Origin: Thermodesulfovibrionales bacterium | GTDB taxonomy: Bacteria; Nitrospirota; Thermodesulfovibrionia; Thermodesulfovibrionales; UBA6898 | NCBI GenBank assembly: GCA_044450345.1 | Contig: JBIOIY010000002.1 | Location: 1 to 64,000 of the forward strand | DNA length: 64,000 nucleotides | Reading direction: 5' to 3' | Shown: positions 45,275-55,042 of the stretch, piece after piece | Layout of the letters: each line of letters begins with the position of its first letter | How positions within the stretch are numbered: position 1 is the stretch's first letter | Notes under the pieces: generated by a model | What the model saw: the letters and a program-made list of their open reading frames with translations, nothing else | Told to the model about the DNA's origin: nothing | Databases searched by the model: none | Program-made: the position numbers and the translations under genes

Positions 45275-46442
45275 AATGGCCCGCTGCAGACCCGGAGGCC
45301 CAGGCCCAATGAAGGTTGAATCCCCCCAGTTGTCCCGTCACATCGAGGACCTCACCGATGAAATAGAGACCCGGGACCTTCTTCACTTCGAATGTCTTCG
45401 AAGACAGCTCCCTGGTATCGATTCCTCCTACGGTGACCTCGGCCTGGATGTATCCCGCTGTGCCCTCAGGTCTCAGAGACCACCGATGCAGCCGGCTGGC
45501 GACATCTTCGAGTTCTCTCCGGTTGTATTGATAAAGAGGCTTCGAAACAAAATAGCGCGTACAAAACATTTTGCTGAACCTCTTCGGAAGATATCCCGCG
45601 AGCCAGGTATGCGCCTCGATTCTGCTCTTCGGTTCGTTTATGAGGAGTTCCAGGGCATCGCGGCCGGGAAGCAAATCGATAACGATGAAATCCCCTCTTT
45701 TCCAATAAAGCGAGGTCTGGAGGACTGCCGGACCGCTCATGCCGCTATGGGTAAAAAGGATTTCTCCGCGCACTCCGGTCTTGCCGCATTGTATGGACGC
45801 CTCGAGCGAGACGCCGCTCAACTCCTTGAAGAATGCCGCGTCGTCCGTGGCGAAGGTAAAAGGGACCAGGCCGGGGGACAGAGGCGTGATCTTCATGCCG
45901 AACTGCCTGGCGATCCGGTATCCCAGGTCGGTCGCCCCCAGCGGCGCATATGACAACCCTCCGGTCGCAATGACGAGCGACTGGGATTCAAGGACTTCCC
46001 TGCCGGTCCCAACGACGAAGTTATGTCCTTTCTCTATGGATCTGACACTCTGATGAAGGAGTATTTCAACGCCTGCATTCCTGCATTCGGCATGGAGCAT
46101 CTCTATAACATCGCGCGCGGTGTGACTGCAGAACAATTGACCGTTCTCTTTCTCATAATAGGGGACCCTGTATCTGTCGAGAAGGCGGATGAAATCTTCG
46201 GGAGTAAAGCGGGAAAGCGCTGATCTGCAGAAATCCGGGTTTTGGGAAAGGTAATTGCCCGGGCCCGCATGAAGATTCGTGAAATTGCAGCGTCCGCCTC
46301 CCGAAATACGAATCTTGGACGCCGTCTTTGCGGCATGATCGATAAGCAGCACCGAGCGTTTCCTTTTCCCTGCTTCTCTTGCGCACATGAGACCCGAAGC
46401 CCCGGCGCCTATGATAATCACGTCTCTCTTAAGCGGCATCAC
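45267..46442 (-). CDS. HI0933/BaiN family NAD(P)/FAD-dependent oxidoreductase
   Basis: IIGAGASG, KIRISGGGRCNFTN and GEVLDVTGQLGGFNL motifs. Confidence 0.92.
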   Translation of the reverse strand: MMPLKRDVIIIGAGASGLMCAREAGKRKRSVLLIDHAAKTASKIRISGGGRCNFTNLHAGPGNYLSQNPDFCRSALSRFTPEDFIRLLDRYRVPYYEKENGQLFCSHTARDVIEMLHAECRNAGVEILLHQSVRSIEKGHNFVVGTGREVLESQSLVIATGGLSYAPLGATDLGYRIARQFGMKITPLSPGLVPFTFATDDAAFFKELSGVSLEASIQCGKTGVRGEILFTHSGMSGPAVLQTSLYWKRGDFIVIDLLPGRDALELLINEPKSRIEAHTWLAGYLPKRFSKMFCTRYFVSKPLYQYNRRELEDVASRLHRWSLRPEGTAGYIQAEVTVGGIDTRELSSKTFEVKKVPGLYFIGEVLDVTGQLGGFNLHWAWASGSAAGHYV

Positions 46443-46515
46443 AGATGACTATTGTACAACATCCCGGCCCTCCCGGGCTTTTTAAACATTTGCCGGAAAA
46501 TTGTACAATAGATGA

Positions 46516-47505
46516 GTGAAATTCTTTGATTCGTATATAGGGATGTACGTGCTTCAGTCGATTGCCCACTCAGTCGTTACCCTGCTTATTGTCGAGATGT
46601 CGCTCCGCATATGGGAGGTAACTATAGCGAGGGAAAGGTTCCGGTACAGGCTGCTGGTGCTCATCCTGCCTCTCTTTATGTTTCCCTTCTTCCAGTTTAT
46701 CAATCCCGAAAGGGGCTCTTTTTATTTTATGGAAGACACAGCCCTTTTCTGCAGTTCGAGATGGCTGGGAATACAGATACTGGGTCTAAGGCCTCTGCTC
46801 TATTTTTTTTATTGCATGATGGGTATTGTTTCGGCCGTCGTTTTTCTACAGGAGATGGTCCCTATTTTGAGGGACTGGTTCAATAAGCCCCAGGAATACG
46901 GCAGTGATGGGCGGCCGGCCGGACCTGAGATCGACATGCTGGTGGGTGAGATAAGCCGATTTCTGGAGACACCCAAGCCTTCGGTGCTGATTGTCGATGA
47001 CCCAAACCCTATTATATTTACGACGGGCACTACAAGCCATTCGATCGTACTTTCGGAGCCTCTTTTTTCCGTGTATAGCGCGAAAGAACTGAAGAGCGCG
47101 CTTGCCCATGAGATCGCCCATATCGTGCGGAGGAGCAACATCACTACCTTGCTCGTTTTTATTGTCAGGATCTGCATGTTCTTTAATCCGATCCCTCTCC
47201 TCGAATTCCGCAAGCTTGTCCAGGACGACGAACATATATGCGATGATATCACCGTCTCCGTGACAGGCGATCCCGGGGCCCTTGCCTCTGCGCTCAAGGT
47301 CTTCTGTCTGGACATACCGCATAGCGATGTATTTAAACTCTCCTTCGTAAAAGAAGCCATTGAGAGCTCCAGCCACAACCTGCTGCTTCAGGAACGGATA
47401 GAAAGGCTTGAGAATAACGGTCCTTTCGTTTACCATGCATATGGGTGGGGAAGATACGTCCTTACCATGGCGGTGATCATGGCGGTGAACTATTATGTTG
47501 TGTGA
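46516..47505 (+). CDS. Membrane Zn-metallopeptidase (M56 BlaR1-like / M48)
   Basis: N-terminal TM helices; AHEIAH (HExxH) and downstream EHICD. Confidence 0.8.
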   Translation: MKFFDSYIGMYVLQSIAHSVVTLLIVEMSLRIWEVTIARERFRYRLLVLILPLFMFPFFQFINPERGSFYFMEDTALFCSSRWLGIQILGLRPLLYFFYCMMGIVSAVVFLQEMVPILRDWFNKPQEYGSDGRPAGPEIDMLVGEISRFLETPKPSVLIVDDPNPIIFTTGTTSHSIVLSEPLFSVYSAKELKSALAHEIAHIVRRSNITTLLVFIVRICMFFNPIPLLEFRKLVQDDEHICDDITVSVTGDPGALASALKVFCLDIPHSDVFKLSFVKEAIESSSHNLLLQERIERLENNGPFVYHAYGWGRYVLTMAVIMAVNYYVV

Positions 47506-47519
47506 GAGGGAATAAGGCG

Positions 47520-48047
47520 ATGCGGTTGCAAAAATATATCGTGTTCGTGATCATGGTGGCTGTTTTTGCCGTACTGTTGAATCTCCTTAACTGGGTCCCT
47601 ACTGTCTTCCAAAAAGAAGGGGTGAGGAAATACAAAACGATCGAGGACGTAAGGGGCGAACTCAAACTCAATAGATTATTCCTCCCTTCTTATTTCCCTC
47701 AATATCTGATATGGCCTCCCTCAGAGATTTACGCCCGCAAGAAACCCGCCAAGATGGTCTTGATGCACTTCATCAACTACGACAGGAAGGACGTTGTCCT
47801 CTCTGTTATGCAGGCGGAATCGTCCGATCCACATCCTCTAAGGTCGAGGATCGAGCCTGTCAAGACAAGAAAGCGGGACGCGATACTCATCAAGGGCAGG
47901 AGAGGGGAGCTTTCCCTTGCCCTCTGTTCGGGAGGAGAACCGTGCAATTCGGTGACCTGGGAGGAGGATGGGTATACTTTTACCATTATCGCTAAAGACT
48001 CTGTGCGGGAGCTTCTCAAGATCGCCGAGAGCATGATTTCCGAATAA
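47520..48047 (+). CDS. Hypothetical membrane-anchored periplasmic protein
   Basis: N-terminal TM, LFLPSYFP motif, ends ELLKIAESM (DUF4367-like pattern). Confidence 0.65.
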   Translation: MRLQKYIVFVIMVAVFAVLLNLLNWVPTVFQKEGVRKYKTIEDVRGELKLNRLFLPSYFPQYLIWPPSEIYARKKPAKMVLMHFINYDRKDVVLSVMQAESSDPHPLRSRIEPVKTRKRDAILIKGRRGELSLALCSGGEPCNSVTWEEDGYTFTIIAKDSVRELLKIAESMISE

Positions 48048-48346
48048 TGCGGTTTTTTCCGGCAGATAGGCTTTTTTGTAGAGTAAAACAGGAACTATTT
48101 CGGATTGTTTGCGACTGCCGGATTTGATACCCTTTAATGGGAGAAAAGGGAAACAGGTGAACCTGACTGTAAGGGGTACCAGAAAAAGGAGTCTAAATGT
48201 TAACATTAAGGCGCATAGGCGGAGAGATGAAGAATTGTCTGAAGACCTATATCAAAATGGAAGAGGAAAAAAAGGAATGAATTCAGGGAAGGGACCATTT
48301 CCGGCAACGTATGGCGGCCCTTTTCACGTAACGCCTGGAGGGCTAC

Positions 48347-49732
48347 ATGGTGAACCGTAACACATTCTTGCCATTAATAATCATCTGCATCGTCTTTGCA
48401 TTGTCAACCGAAAGTCAGGCGACCTATCTGGCAGGGGAAGAGGGCGCGGTATGCCTGGGCTGTCATGAGAACAGGGAAATGTCCCTTACCTTCAAAAGCG
48501 GAGAAAAGATGTCCCTCTACGTGGACGACCATGCGCTTCTGGGGTCGGCCCATAAGAATCTGGGATGTTCGGCCTGCCACGGCTTTACCGGCGGCGACCA
48601 TCCGAAGAGGCAGTTTAAAGACAGGAGAAGCTTCACCGCATCCATCTCCGATGCCTGCAAACAATGCCATACCTTTAAAAAAGGCATCCACCTCAGGATG
48701 ATGAGCATGCTGAAACAGGTGGTCTGCGCCGACTGCCACGGCTCCCATTCCATAAAACCCGTAAAGGAATCCGGGGATTCCTGTTTCGGCTGCCACAAGT
48801 ATGGCTTTTCACTTTCTTTCAACGACGGCAGCAGAACATCTCTCGAGATACAGGAGGAGGTCCTTAAGGCCTCGGTACACAACAAATTGAGATGTTCGGA
48901 CTGCCACTTCGGTTTTTCGTCCAAGGAACATCCCGATAGGAATTTCCAGGACAAGAGGAACTTCACGATCGTCACGTCCGAGACTTGCAGGCGATGCCAC
49001 TTCGACAAGTACACGAAGACCCTTGAAGGCATCCATTTCAATATGCTTCTCAAGGGTAACCTCAAGGCGCCGGTCTGTGTCGACTGTCACGGCGCACATG
49101 CCATAAACTCGGGACGGAAGGAGAAGTTGCGAAGTGCAAGGAGGTGTCAGACATGCCATCAGGATATCTATGCGATATATGCGATGAGCGTTCACGGCAA
49201 GGCCCTCCTCTCTTCAAACAACCAGGACGTGCCCGTTTGTTCTGATTGCCATAGGGCGCACGATATTTCAGACCCGAGGATGGCTGATTTCCGGAACGAT
49301 ATCCCCCAGATGTGCAGCAATTGTCACGCTAACGAGGAATTGATGAGGCGATATGGCCTTTCGACCGCGGTGCTGCAGTCATATCTGGAGGATTTCCATG
49401 GCGTCACCGTTTCGTATTACAGAAAGCAGAAAAACTCGATCAGGCATATTGCTGTCTGCACCGACTGCCACGGGATTCATGATATCACGAGGACGAAAGG
49501 GCCTGACGCCTCCGTCGTGAAGGCGAATCTCATCAGAAGGTGCAGGAAATGTCATGCGGGCGCGTCTGAGAACTTCCCTGACAGCTGGATTTCCCACTAT
49601 GAACCGAACTTCAAGAGGGCGCCGCTCGTATACGCTATAAATCTTATTTACACGATATTTATTCCGTTCATGATCGTCGGGCTCGTCCTGCAAATAATCC
49701 TGCATATCTGGCGCTATGCGGTCAACAGGTAA
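48347..49732 (+). CDS. Multiheme cytochrome c, 13 CxxCH motifs, C-terminal membrane anchor
   Basis: Signal peptide; 13 CxxCH counted (CLGCH...CRKCH); C-terminal TM helix. Confidence 0.93.
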   Translation: MVNRNTFLPLIIICIVFALSTESQATYLAGEEGAVCLGCHENREMSLTFKSGEKMSLYVDDHALLGSAHKNLGCSACHGFTGGDHPKRQFKDRRSFTASISDACKQCHTFKKGIHLRMMSMLKQVVCADCHGSHSIKPVKESGDSCFGCHKYGFSLSFNDGSRTSLEIQEEVLKASVHNKLRCSDCHFGFSSKEHPDRNFQDKRNFTIVTSETCRRCHFDKYTKTLEGIHFNMLLKGNLKAPVCVDCHGAHAINSGRKEKLRSARRCQTCHQDIYAIYAMSVHGKALLSSNNQDVPVCSDCHRAHDISDPRMADFRNDIPQMCSNCHANEELMRRYGLSTAVLQSYLEDFHGVTVSYYRKQKNSIRHIAVCTDCHGIHDITRTKGPDASVVKANLIRRCRKCHAGASENFPDSWISHYEPNFKRAPLVYAINLIYTIFIPFMIVGLVLQIILHIWRYAVNR

Positions 49733-49743
49733 AAGGGGGCTTT

Positions 49744-50508
49744 ATGATTGAGGTTGAAAAGAAAGACAGCGAATATTTAAGAAGGTTCCATCCCTTGCGC
49801 ATCATAGAGCATCAGGCGAATGCCATCGCGTTCATCGTACTCGTTATTACGGGACTTTCTCAGAAGTTCCATGATTCGTCGTGGGCGGAATGGATCATAA
49901 TAAACCTTGGCGGGATCGATAACGCAAGGCTCATCCACCGCTATTCCGGGCTTTTGCTAGGGTTCCTTACGGTCCAACATATACTGATCTCCTCCTACGG
50001 GGTCATCATGAAGAGGTGGATGCCGTACATGGTTATCAACATCAAGGACTTTACAGACGCCGTAGACAATCTGAAGTATTATTTCGGCATTACCGACAGC
50101 CCGGCCAGATGCGACCGCTACGACTACAAGCAGAAGTTCGAGTATTGGGGAGTGGTGATCGGGGGGATACTGATGGTCCTTACAGGGCTTACCCTCTGGT
50201 TTCCGACACGGGTCTTTCATCTCATCCCGTTCCTTCCCGGACAGATCATTCCGGCGGCGAAGGCCCTGCATACGAACGAGGCGATGCTCGCATTTCTCGT
50301 CATCGTCATATGGCATATTTACAATTCGGTATTCAGTCCCGACGTTTTTCCGCTGGACACCGCCATCTTTACGGGCAAAATTTCGAGGGAGCGGATGATC
50401 CATGAGCATCCCATCGAATACGAAAGACTGACCGGCGTGAAACTTCAGGACCATCATGAAGGAGATGCCGGGGAGAAGGCTCAGGAAGATGATGTAAAGA
50501 GCGCCTGA
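49744..50508 (+). CDS. Cytochrome b subunit (FdnI / Ni-Fe hydrogenase cytochrome b-like)
   Basis: Four TMs with His ligands (IEH, LIHR, ALHTNEA, IWHIY); RYDYKQKFEYW. Confidence 0.88.
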   Translation: MIEVEKKDSEYLRRFHPLRIIEHQANAIAFIVLVITGLSQKFHDSSWAEWIIINLGGIDNARLIHRYSGLLLGFLTVQHILISSYGVIMKRWMPYMVINIKDFTDAVDNLKYYFGITDSPARCDRYDYKQKFEYWGVVIGGILMVLTGLTLWFPTRVFHLIPFLPGQIIPAAKALHTNEAMLAFLVIVIWHIYNSVFSPDVFPLDTAIFTGKISRERMIHEHPIEYERLTGVKLQDHHEGDAGEKAQEDDVKSA

Positions 50509-50586
50509 TGAGGTGCGCTTTCCTTTACATCATGGAGACGAACGTTTTCAGTGGTCAACGATGACTGATATAATACGGCGGAGTCG

Positions 50587-52449
50587 ATGCAGAAAAAAAT
50601 AATTGTCTCGACATTGCTGAGTGTGATCGTTATCCTTTTGAGTCTCGGGATTATGAGCAATCTCAGCATAAACGACAGCATAGGACACTCCCTTGCCGAA
50701 AGAACTGATCTGGCCGGCATCCTTGCAAGCTATACGGATTACCGCCTCCAGAACAATCTTACAAGGCTTTATGATATCTCCCTGTCCGGTACAATAGACC
50801 TGAACGACGACGATTGGGAGCCGGAAGACAATGCCTTGAAGACCGCATATCAGTATTCGATATTCACGGACGGGATATTCCTTCTCGACCTTAAAGGGAA
50901 CGTCGTACGGTCCTATCCTCCGGGGCTGCAAAAGAGGAACCTCATGGGCAATCCGTACGTGAAAAAGACGATAGAGGAGAACAGGGCGGTCATCTCGAAC
51001 ATCTATACGGAGGAGGGGACGAAAAAAAAGGTGGTTTACGTCCTCGTTCCCCTGAGGGATAAAAGCGGCCGGACTATAGGCGCAGTGGGTGGTGAGATCA
51101 ACCCCACAAACTATGTCCTGACGAACCTCATACGGTCGATACCTACCCGGGGGGACACGATCATCGAACTTGTCGACAGTTTCGGCGTGGTGATCGCCTC
51201 GAACAATCCTGTTAGGGTCTTTGCCTGCAGCGACCGCAACAAGATCCTGGGCAACCTTATTGCCGCCAAAAAAACCGCGGTAATGAAATGCCACAGATGT
51301 CACGAGGGAGAAAACGGGTCGGTCGGAGCGGACCGGGAGAGGACTATCGACATGCTTGCCTTCGCGCCCCTTTCCGAGGCGCCGTGGGGCATCTCGGTTA
51401 GGGAATCCGAAAAGAGGGTCTTTGCCCCGTCGTCACAGCTCAAAAAGAAATTCCTGATACTGGCCTTGATATCTATAGGAACCGGCCTGGTTCTTTCACT
51501 TGGGATAAGCAAGAGCATTGTAAAGCCGATCAGGTCCCTTACGATCGCTACCAAGAAAATAGCAGGCGGCAACCTTAAAGGCCCTGTTACAGTTGTTTCC
51601 AGGGACGAGATAGGAGCGCTCGGCATGAGTTTCGAGGCGATGAGACAGAGGCTGTCCGACTCTCTCGATAAAATCCAGAAATATAATACCGAGCTTGAGG
51701 AGAGGGTGGTAGAGAGGACTGAAGAGTTGCAACAAAGCCGCAAGAGGCTGTCCATATTGCTCCATGAGGTCATACGGGCGCAGGAAGAGGAGAGAAAGCG
51801 CATCGCTAGAGAACTCCATGACGAGACGAGCCAATCCATAGCGGCGCTCGGCATGTCGATCGAGATTGCGGCGATCGCGCTTAAGGAAAATGCGCTTACG
51901 CCAGAAAAAATATACGAACTCAGGGCGAAGGTGACCCAATTGCTCGAGGGCATCAGCCGTCTTATCCAGGACCTGAGGCCGCCGGTCCTCGATGACCTGG
52001 GCCTGGAATCGGGGGTGCGGTGGCTGCTTGAGAGACATCTCGCGGTAAAAGGGATAAAATATCAGCTGACCGCCTCTGAAGAATTCCAAAAACTCATTTC
52101 GAGCGAGGAAACCATACTGGATGACAAGACCGTCTTCAGGCTTTTCAGGATTATCCAGGAGGCGGTGATCAATGTCTCGAAACACGCCAAGGCGACCGAC
52201 GTAACGGTATCGCTCCTTTTTGATGGTCAGGCGGTCAAGGCATGTATCAAAGATGACGGTGTAGGCTTCGACGTGCAGACGGTGCTGCGAGAGGCCGATT
52301 CGGGGGCGCGGTCGGGATTCGGCCTGATCGGGCTCAAGGAGCGGGCCGCCCTTCTCGAAGGGACTGTGGACATCCGTTCCATTCCCGGCGAAGGGACTGA
52401 AATTACGATAATCATACCGTTAAGTTCCCTGGAGGTTCAGAATGTCTAA
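50587..52449 (+). CDS. Cache-HAMP sensor histidine kinase (HisKA_3) with periplasmic CxxCH
   Basis: Periplasmic CHRCH; HAMP domain; ERKRIARELHDETSQ; DDGVGF; GFGLIG. Confidence 0.92.
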   Translation: MQKKIIVSTLLSVIVILLSLGIMSNLSINDSIGHSLAERTDLAGILASYTDYRLQNNLTRLYDISLSGTIDLNDDDWEPEDNALKTAYQYSIFTDGIFLLDLKGNVVRSYPPGLQKRNLMGNPYVKKTIEENRAVISNIYTEEGTKKKVVYVLVPLRDKSGRTIGAVGGEINPTNYVLTNLIRSIPTRGDTIIELVDSFGVVIASNNPVRVFACSDRNKILGNLIAAKKTAVMKCHRCHEGENGSVGADRERTIDMLAFAPLSEAPWGISVRESEKRVFAPSSQLKKKFLILALISIGTGLVLSLGISKSIVKPIRSLTIATKKIAGGNLKGPVTVVSRDEIGALGMSFEAMRQRLSDSLDKIQKYNTELEERVVERTEELQQSRKRLSILLHEVIRAQEEERKRIARELHDETSQSIAALGMSIEIAAIALKENALTPEKIYELRAKVTQLLEGISRLIQDLRPPVLDDLGLESGVRWLLERHLAVKGIKYQLTASEEFQKLISSEETILDDKTVFRLFRIIQEAVINVSKHAKATDVTVSLLFDGQAVKACIKDDGVGFDVQTVLREADSGARSGFGLIGLKERAALLEGTVDIRSIPGEGTEITIIIPLSSLEVQNV

Positions 52450-53095
52450 GATAAGAGTCATGATAGTTGACGACCATTCACTTGTGAGGGAAGGCATTAC
52501 CGCCCTCCTGAAGTTCCATGACGATGTTGAAGTCATTGGGGAGGCAGCTGACGGCAGAGAGGCGATCGAGGCCGCCTCAAGGCTAAAACCCGATGTCATA
52601 CTTATGGATATCGCTATGCCGGGACTCGGCGGGCTCGAGGCGACCCTGGAGATAAAGAAGCATCATCCCGAGATTAAAATACTTGTCCTTAGCCAGTACG
52701 ACGACAGGGAATACGTGAGCAGATTTCTTAAGGCCAATGTCTCGGGCTATATCCTTAAGAGGGCCGTCGGCGGCGAGCTCATTACCGCAATCCGGGCGGT
52801 TGCGAAAGGAGAATGTTACCTCCATCCATCGATCGCTGCTAAGGTTGTCGACGGCTACATAGGGAAGACAGTAGAAGTTTCCGACCCGTATGAGTCTCTG
52901 ACGGACAGGGAAAAACAGATTTTAAAGCTTATAGGCGAGGGTAATACCCATAAGGAAATGGCCACCATGCTCGGTATCAGTGTGAAGACAGCGATAGCCC
53001 ATCATACTAACATATGCGACAAATTGGGTCTTCGCTCGAAGGCTGAACTCATCAAGTTTGCGATACAGAAAGGCATAATCAGGCTCGAAACCTAG
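52442..53095 (+). CDS. NarL/LuxR family response regulator
   Basis: VDDH, MDIAMP, and LTDREKQIL HTH. Confidence 0.95.
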   Translation: MSKIRVMIVDDHSLVREGITALLKFHDDVEVIGEAADGREAIEAASRLKPDVILMDIAMPGLGGLEATLEIKKHHPEIKILVLSQYDDREYVSRFLKANVSGYILKRAVGGELITAIRAVAKGECYLHPSIAAKVVDGYIGKTVEVSDPYESLTDREKQILKLIGEGNTHKEMATMLGISVKTAIAHHTNICDKLGLRSKAELIKFAIQKGIIRLET

Positions 53096-53173
53096 TGTAA
53101 TCCCTTTTCTTTGTCGGCACTCCTTGTTCCCTAAAGGCCTTGGAACTCAACGGAATTGTGATAGAATTTTTGT

Positions 53174-54907
53174 ATGAGATTTGAGCGATACCGCATCCCC
53201 CTGAAGATCAGCCTGATTTACTTGCTCGTGGGAGGGGTGTGGATCCTTTTTTCGGACCTGCTGATATCGGCGCTGTTTAAAGATCTTTCATTTCTTATGC
53301 GCCTTGAGATCTTTAAGGGATGGTTCTTCATCGCGGTTACCGCTGTCATACTTTATATCGTTATACTGCGCAACATCGATGCCATCCGCACTTCTGAAGA
53401 GGCGCTTCGTGGAAGCGAGGAACGTTTCCGTCAACTTGTCCAGAGAATTACTGATTATGAAATCTTTATGCTCGACCCGTCGGGACATATCGTAAGCTGG
53501 AATATCGGGGCGGAGAAGAGCAAGGGCTACAGACCCGATGAGGTGCTCGGAAAACACCATTCTCTTTTTTTTACAGCCGAAGATGTCAGGCGAGGCCTGC
53601 CGGAGATGGAGCTGAAGATCGCAGGCGACAAAGGGAGGTTCGAGGACGAGGGCTGGAGGGTCAGGAAGGACGGTTCCCTCTTTTGGGCCAGCGTGGTGAT
53701 AACGACGCTGAGGGACGAAGAGGGGTATCTCCGGGGATTCTCTAAGGTGATCAGGGATATTACCGAACGAAAGAGGGCGGAAGAGACGCTGAGGGACAGC
53801 GAAGAGAAGTATCGCATCATCGCGGAGACCGCATCCGATGCGATTATTACCATAGACGAAAGTGGTGTTGTCGTGTTTGCGAACTCCGCTATCGAAAAGA
53901 TTTTTGGCTATTCTCCTGAGGAGATCACGGGAAAGCCTTTGACCATTTTGATGCCTGAGCGTCTCCGGGAGGCCCATTTGGCCGGGATGAGACAGTTCCT
54001 GACGACCGGCAAAAGAGATGTAAAATGGGAGGCGATGGAACTGCCCGGCCTGCATAAGGACGGGCGCGAGATACCTCTGGAAATATCGTATGGCGTATTT
54101 ATCAGGGAAGGGAAGAGTTTCTTTACCGGGATAGTCCGCGACATTGCCGAAAGAAAGCTGGCCGAGAAAGAAAAGGAATATAAAGACATGCTTGAACGCT
54201 TTAACCAGGAGTTGGAGACGCTCGTGGCGGAAAGGACGATGAGCCTGATGGCCCTCAAACTGGCTGACAGGGTAAGGACGCCTGCATCCATAATAGGGCT
54301 TCTCGGGAAAAAAATGCTCGGGAGGGGTGATGCACCCGACAGGACGCGGGAAGCCGTCGAGACCGTTGTGGCGGAGGCGGAAAAGCTCGATGTCATTGTG
54401 AAGGAATTTCAGGCGCTGCTGACGAAACAGAAATCAGTTTTCGGTTATGAGGACATAAATGAAATCGTCAGGGACATGCTGGCGATCATAGAAAGGGAGG
54501 CCGTCTCGAAACATGTGGAATTCAGGGTAAGATTGGCGGCGGGACCATTGAAAATCAACGCTCAAAAAGACCTTTTGAAAATGGCTGTTTTCAATATACT
54601 GAGAAACGCCGTCGAGTCGTCGCGCGAGGGCTGCTGTATCACGGTAGAGACGGCGGGAGACGGTGACCACATATATCTCAGTGTTTCAGATACCGGACGC
54701 GGCATTCCCGGTGATCTGCTCGATAAGATATTCGATCCCGTTTACAGCGGGGATTTCTACAGGTTCGGCATTGGTCTGCCTCTCATCAAGCAGATAATAT
54801 CCGAACACCTCGGTGAGATACGGGTCGAGAGCGAAACAGACAAGGGCACAACGTTCAAGATCTCTTTTCCCGTAAGATGGAAGGAGGGGAGCGCTCGGCC
54901 CGCCTGA
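53174..54907 (+). CDS. PAS-PAS sensor kinase-like protein with atypical H-box
   Basis: Two TMs, two PAS-PAC domains, HATPase (NAVES, DTGRGI); LADRVRTP where LxHExRxP is expected. Confidence 0.85.
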   Translation: MRFERYRIPLKISLIYLLVGGVWILFSDLLISALFKDLSFLMRLEIFKGWFFIAVTAVILYIVILRNIDAIRTSEEALRGSEERFRQLVQRITDYEIFMLDPSGHIVSWNIGAEKSKGYRPDEVLGKHHSLFFTAEDVRRGLPEMELKIAGDKGRFEDEGWRVRKDGSLFWASVVITTLRDEEGYLRGFSKVIRDITERKRAEETLRDSEEKYRIIAETASDAIITIDESGVVVFANSAIEKIFGYSPEEITGKPLTILMPERLREAHLAGMRQFLTTGKRDVKWEAMELPGLHKDGREIPLEISYGVFIREGKSFFTGIVRDIAERKLAEKEKEYKDMLERFNQELETLVAERTMSLMALKLADRVRTPASIIGLLGKKMLGRGDAPDRTREAVETVVAEAEKLDVIVKEFQALLTKQKSVFGYEDINEIVRDMLAIIEREAVSKHVEFRVRLAAGPLKINAQKDLLKMAVFNILRNAVESSREGCCITVETAGDGDHIYLSVSDTGRGIPGDLLDKIFDPVYSGDFYRFGIGLPLIKQIISEHLGEIRVESETDKGTTFKISFPVRWKEGSARPA

Positions 54908-55042
54908 ATGCGGGCCGGATATTTCTCATTTAGCCGCAGGTCCGATGGATTTGCATTAAGGCATCTAAATGCCTAAAATAGTTGTATTCTGTTGCGGATA
55001 TGATTTCATGTCCATAAAAATTATTTTCAGAAAGGAGTTCGC

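Noticed and set aside
46449..46511. Inverted CTATTGTACAA / TTGTACAATAG pair as a BlaI operator
   Set aside because: Does not fit TACA-N2-TGTA; better explained as the -10 boxes of two divergent promoters.
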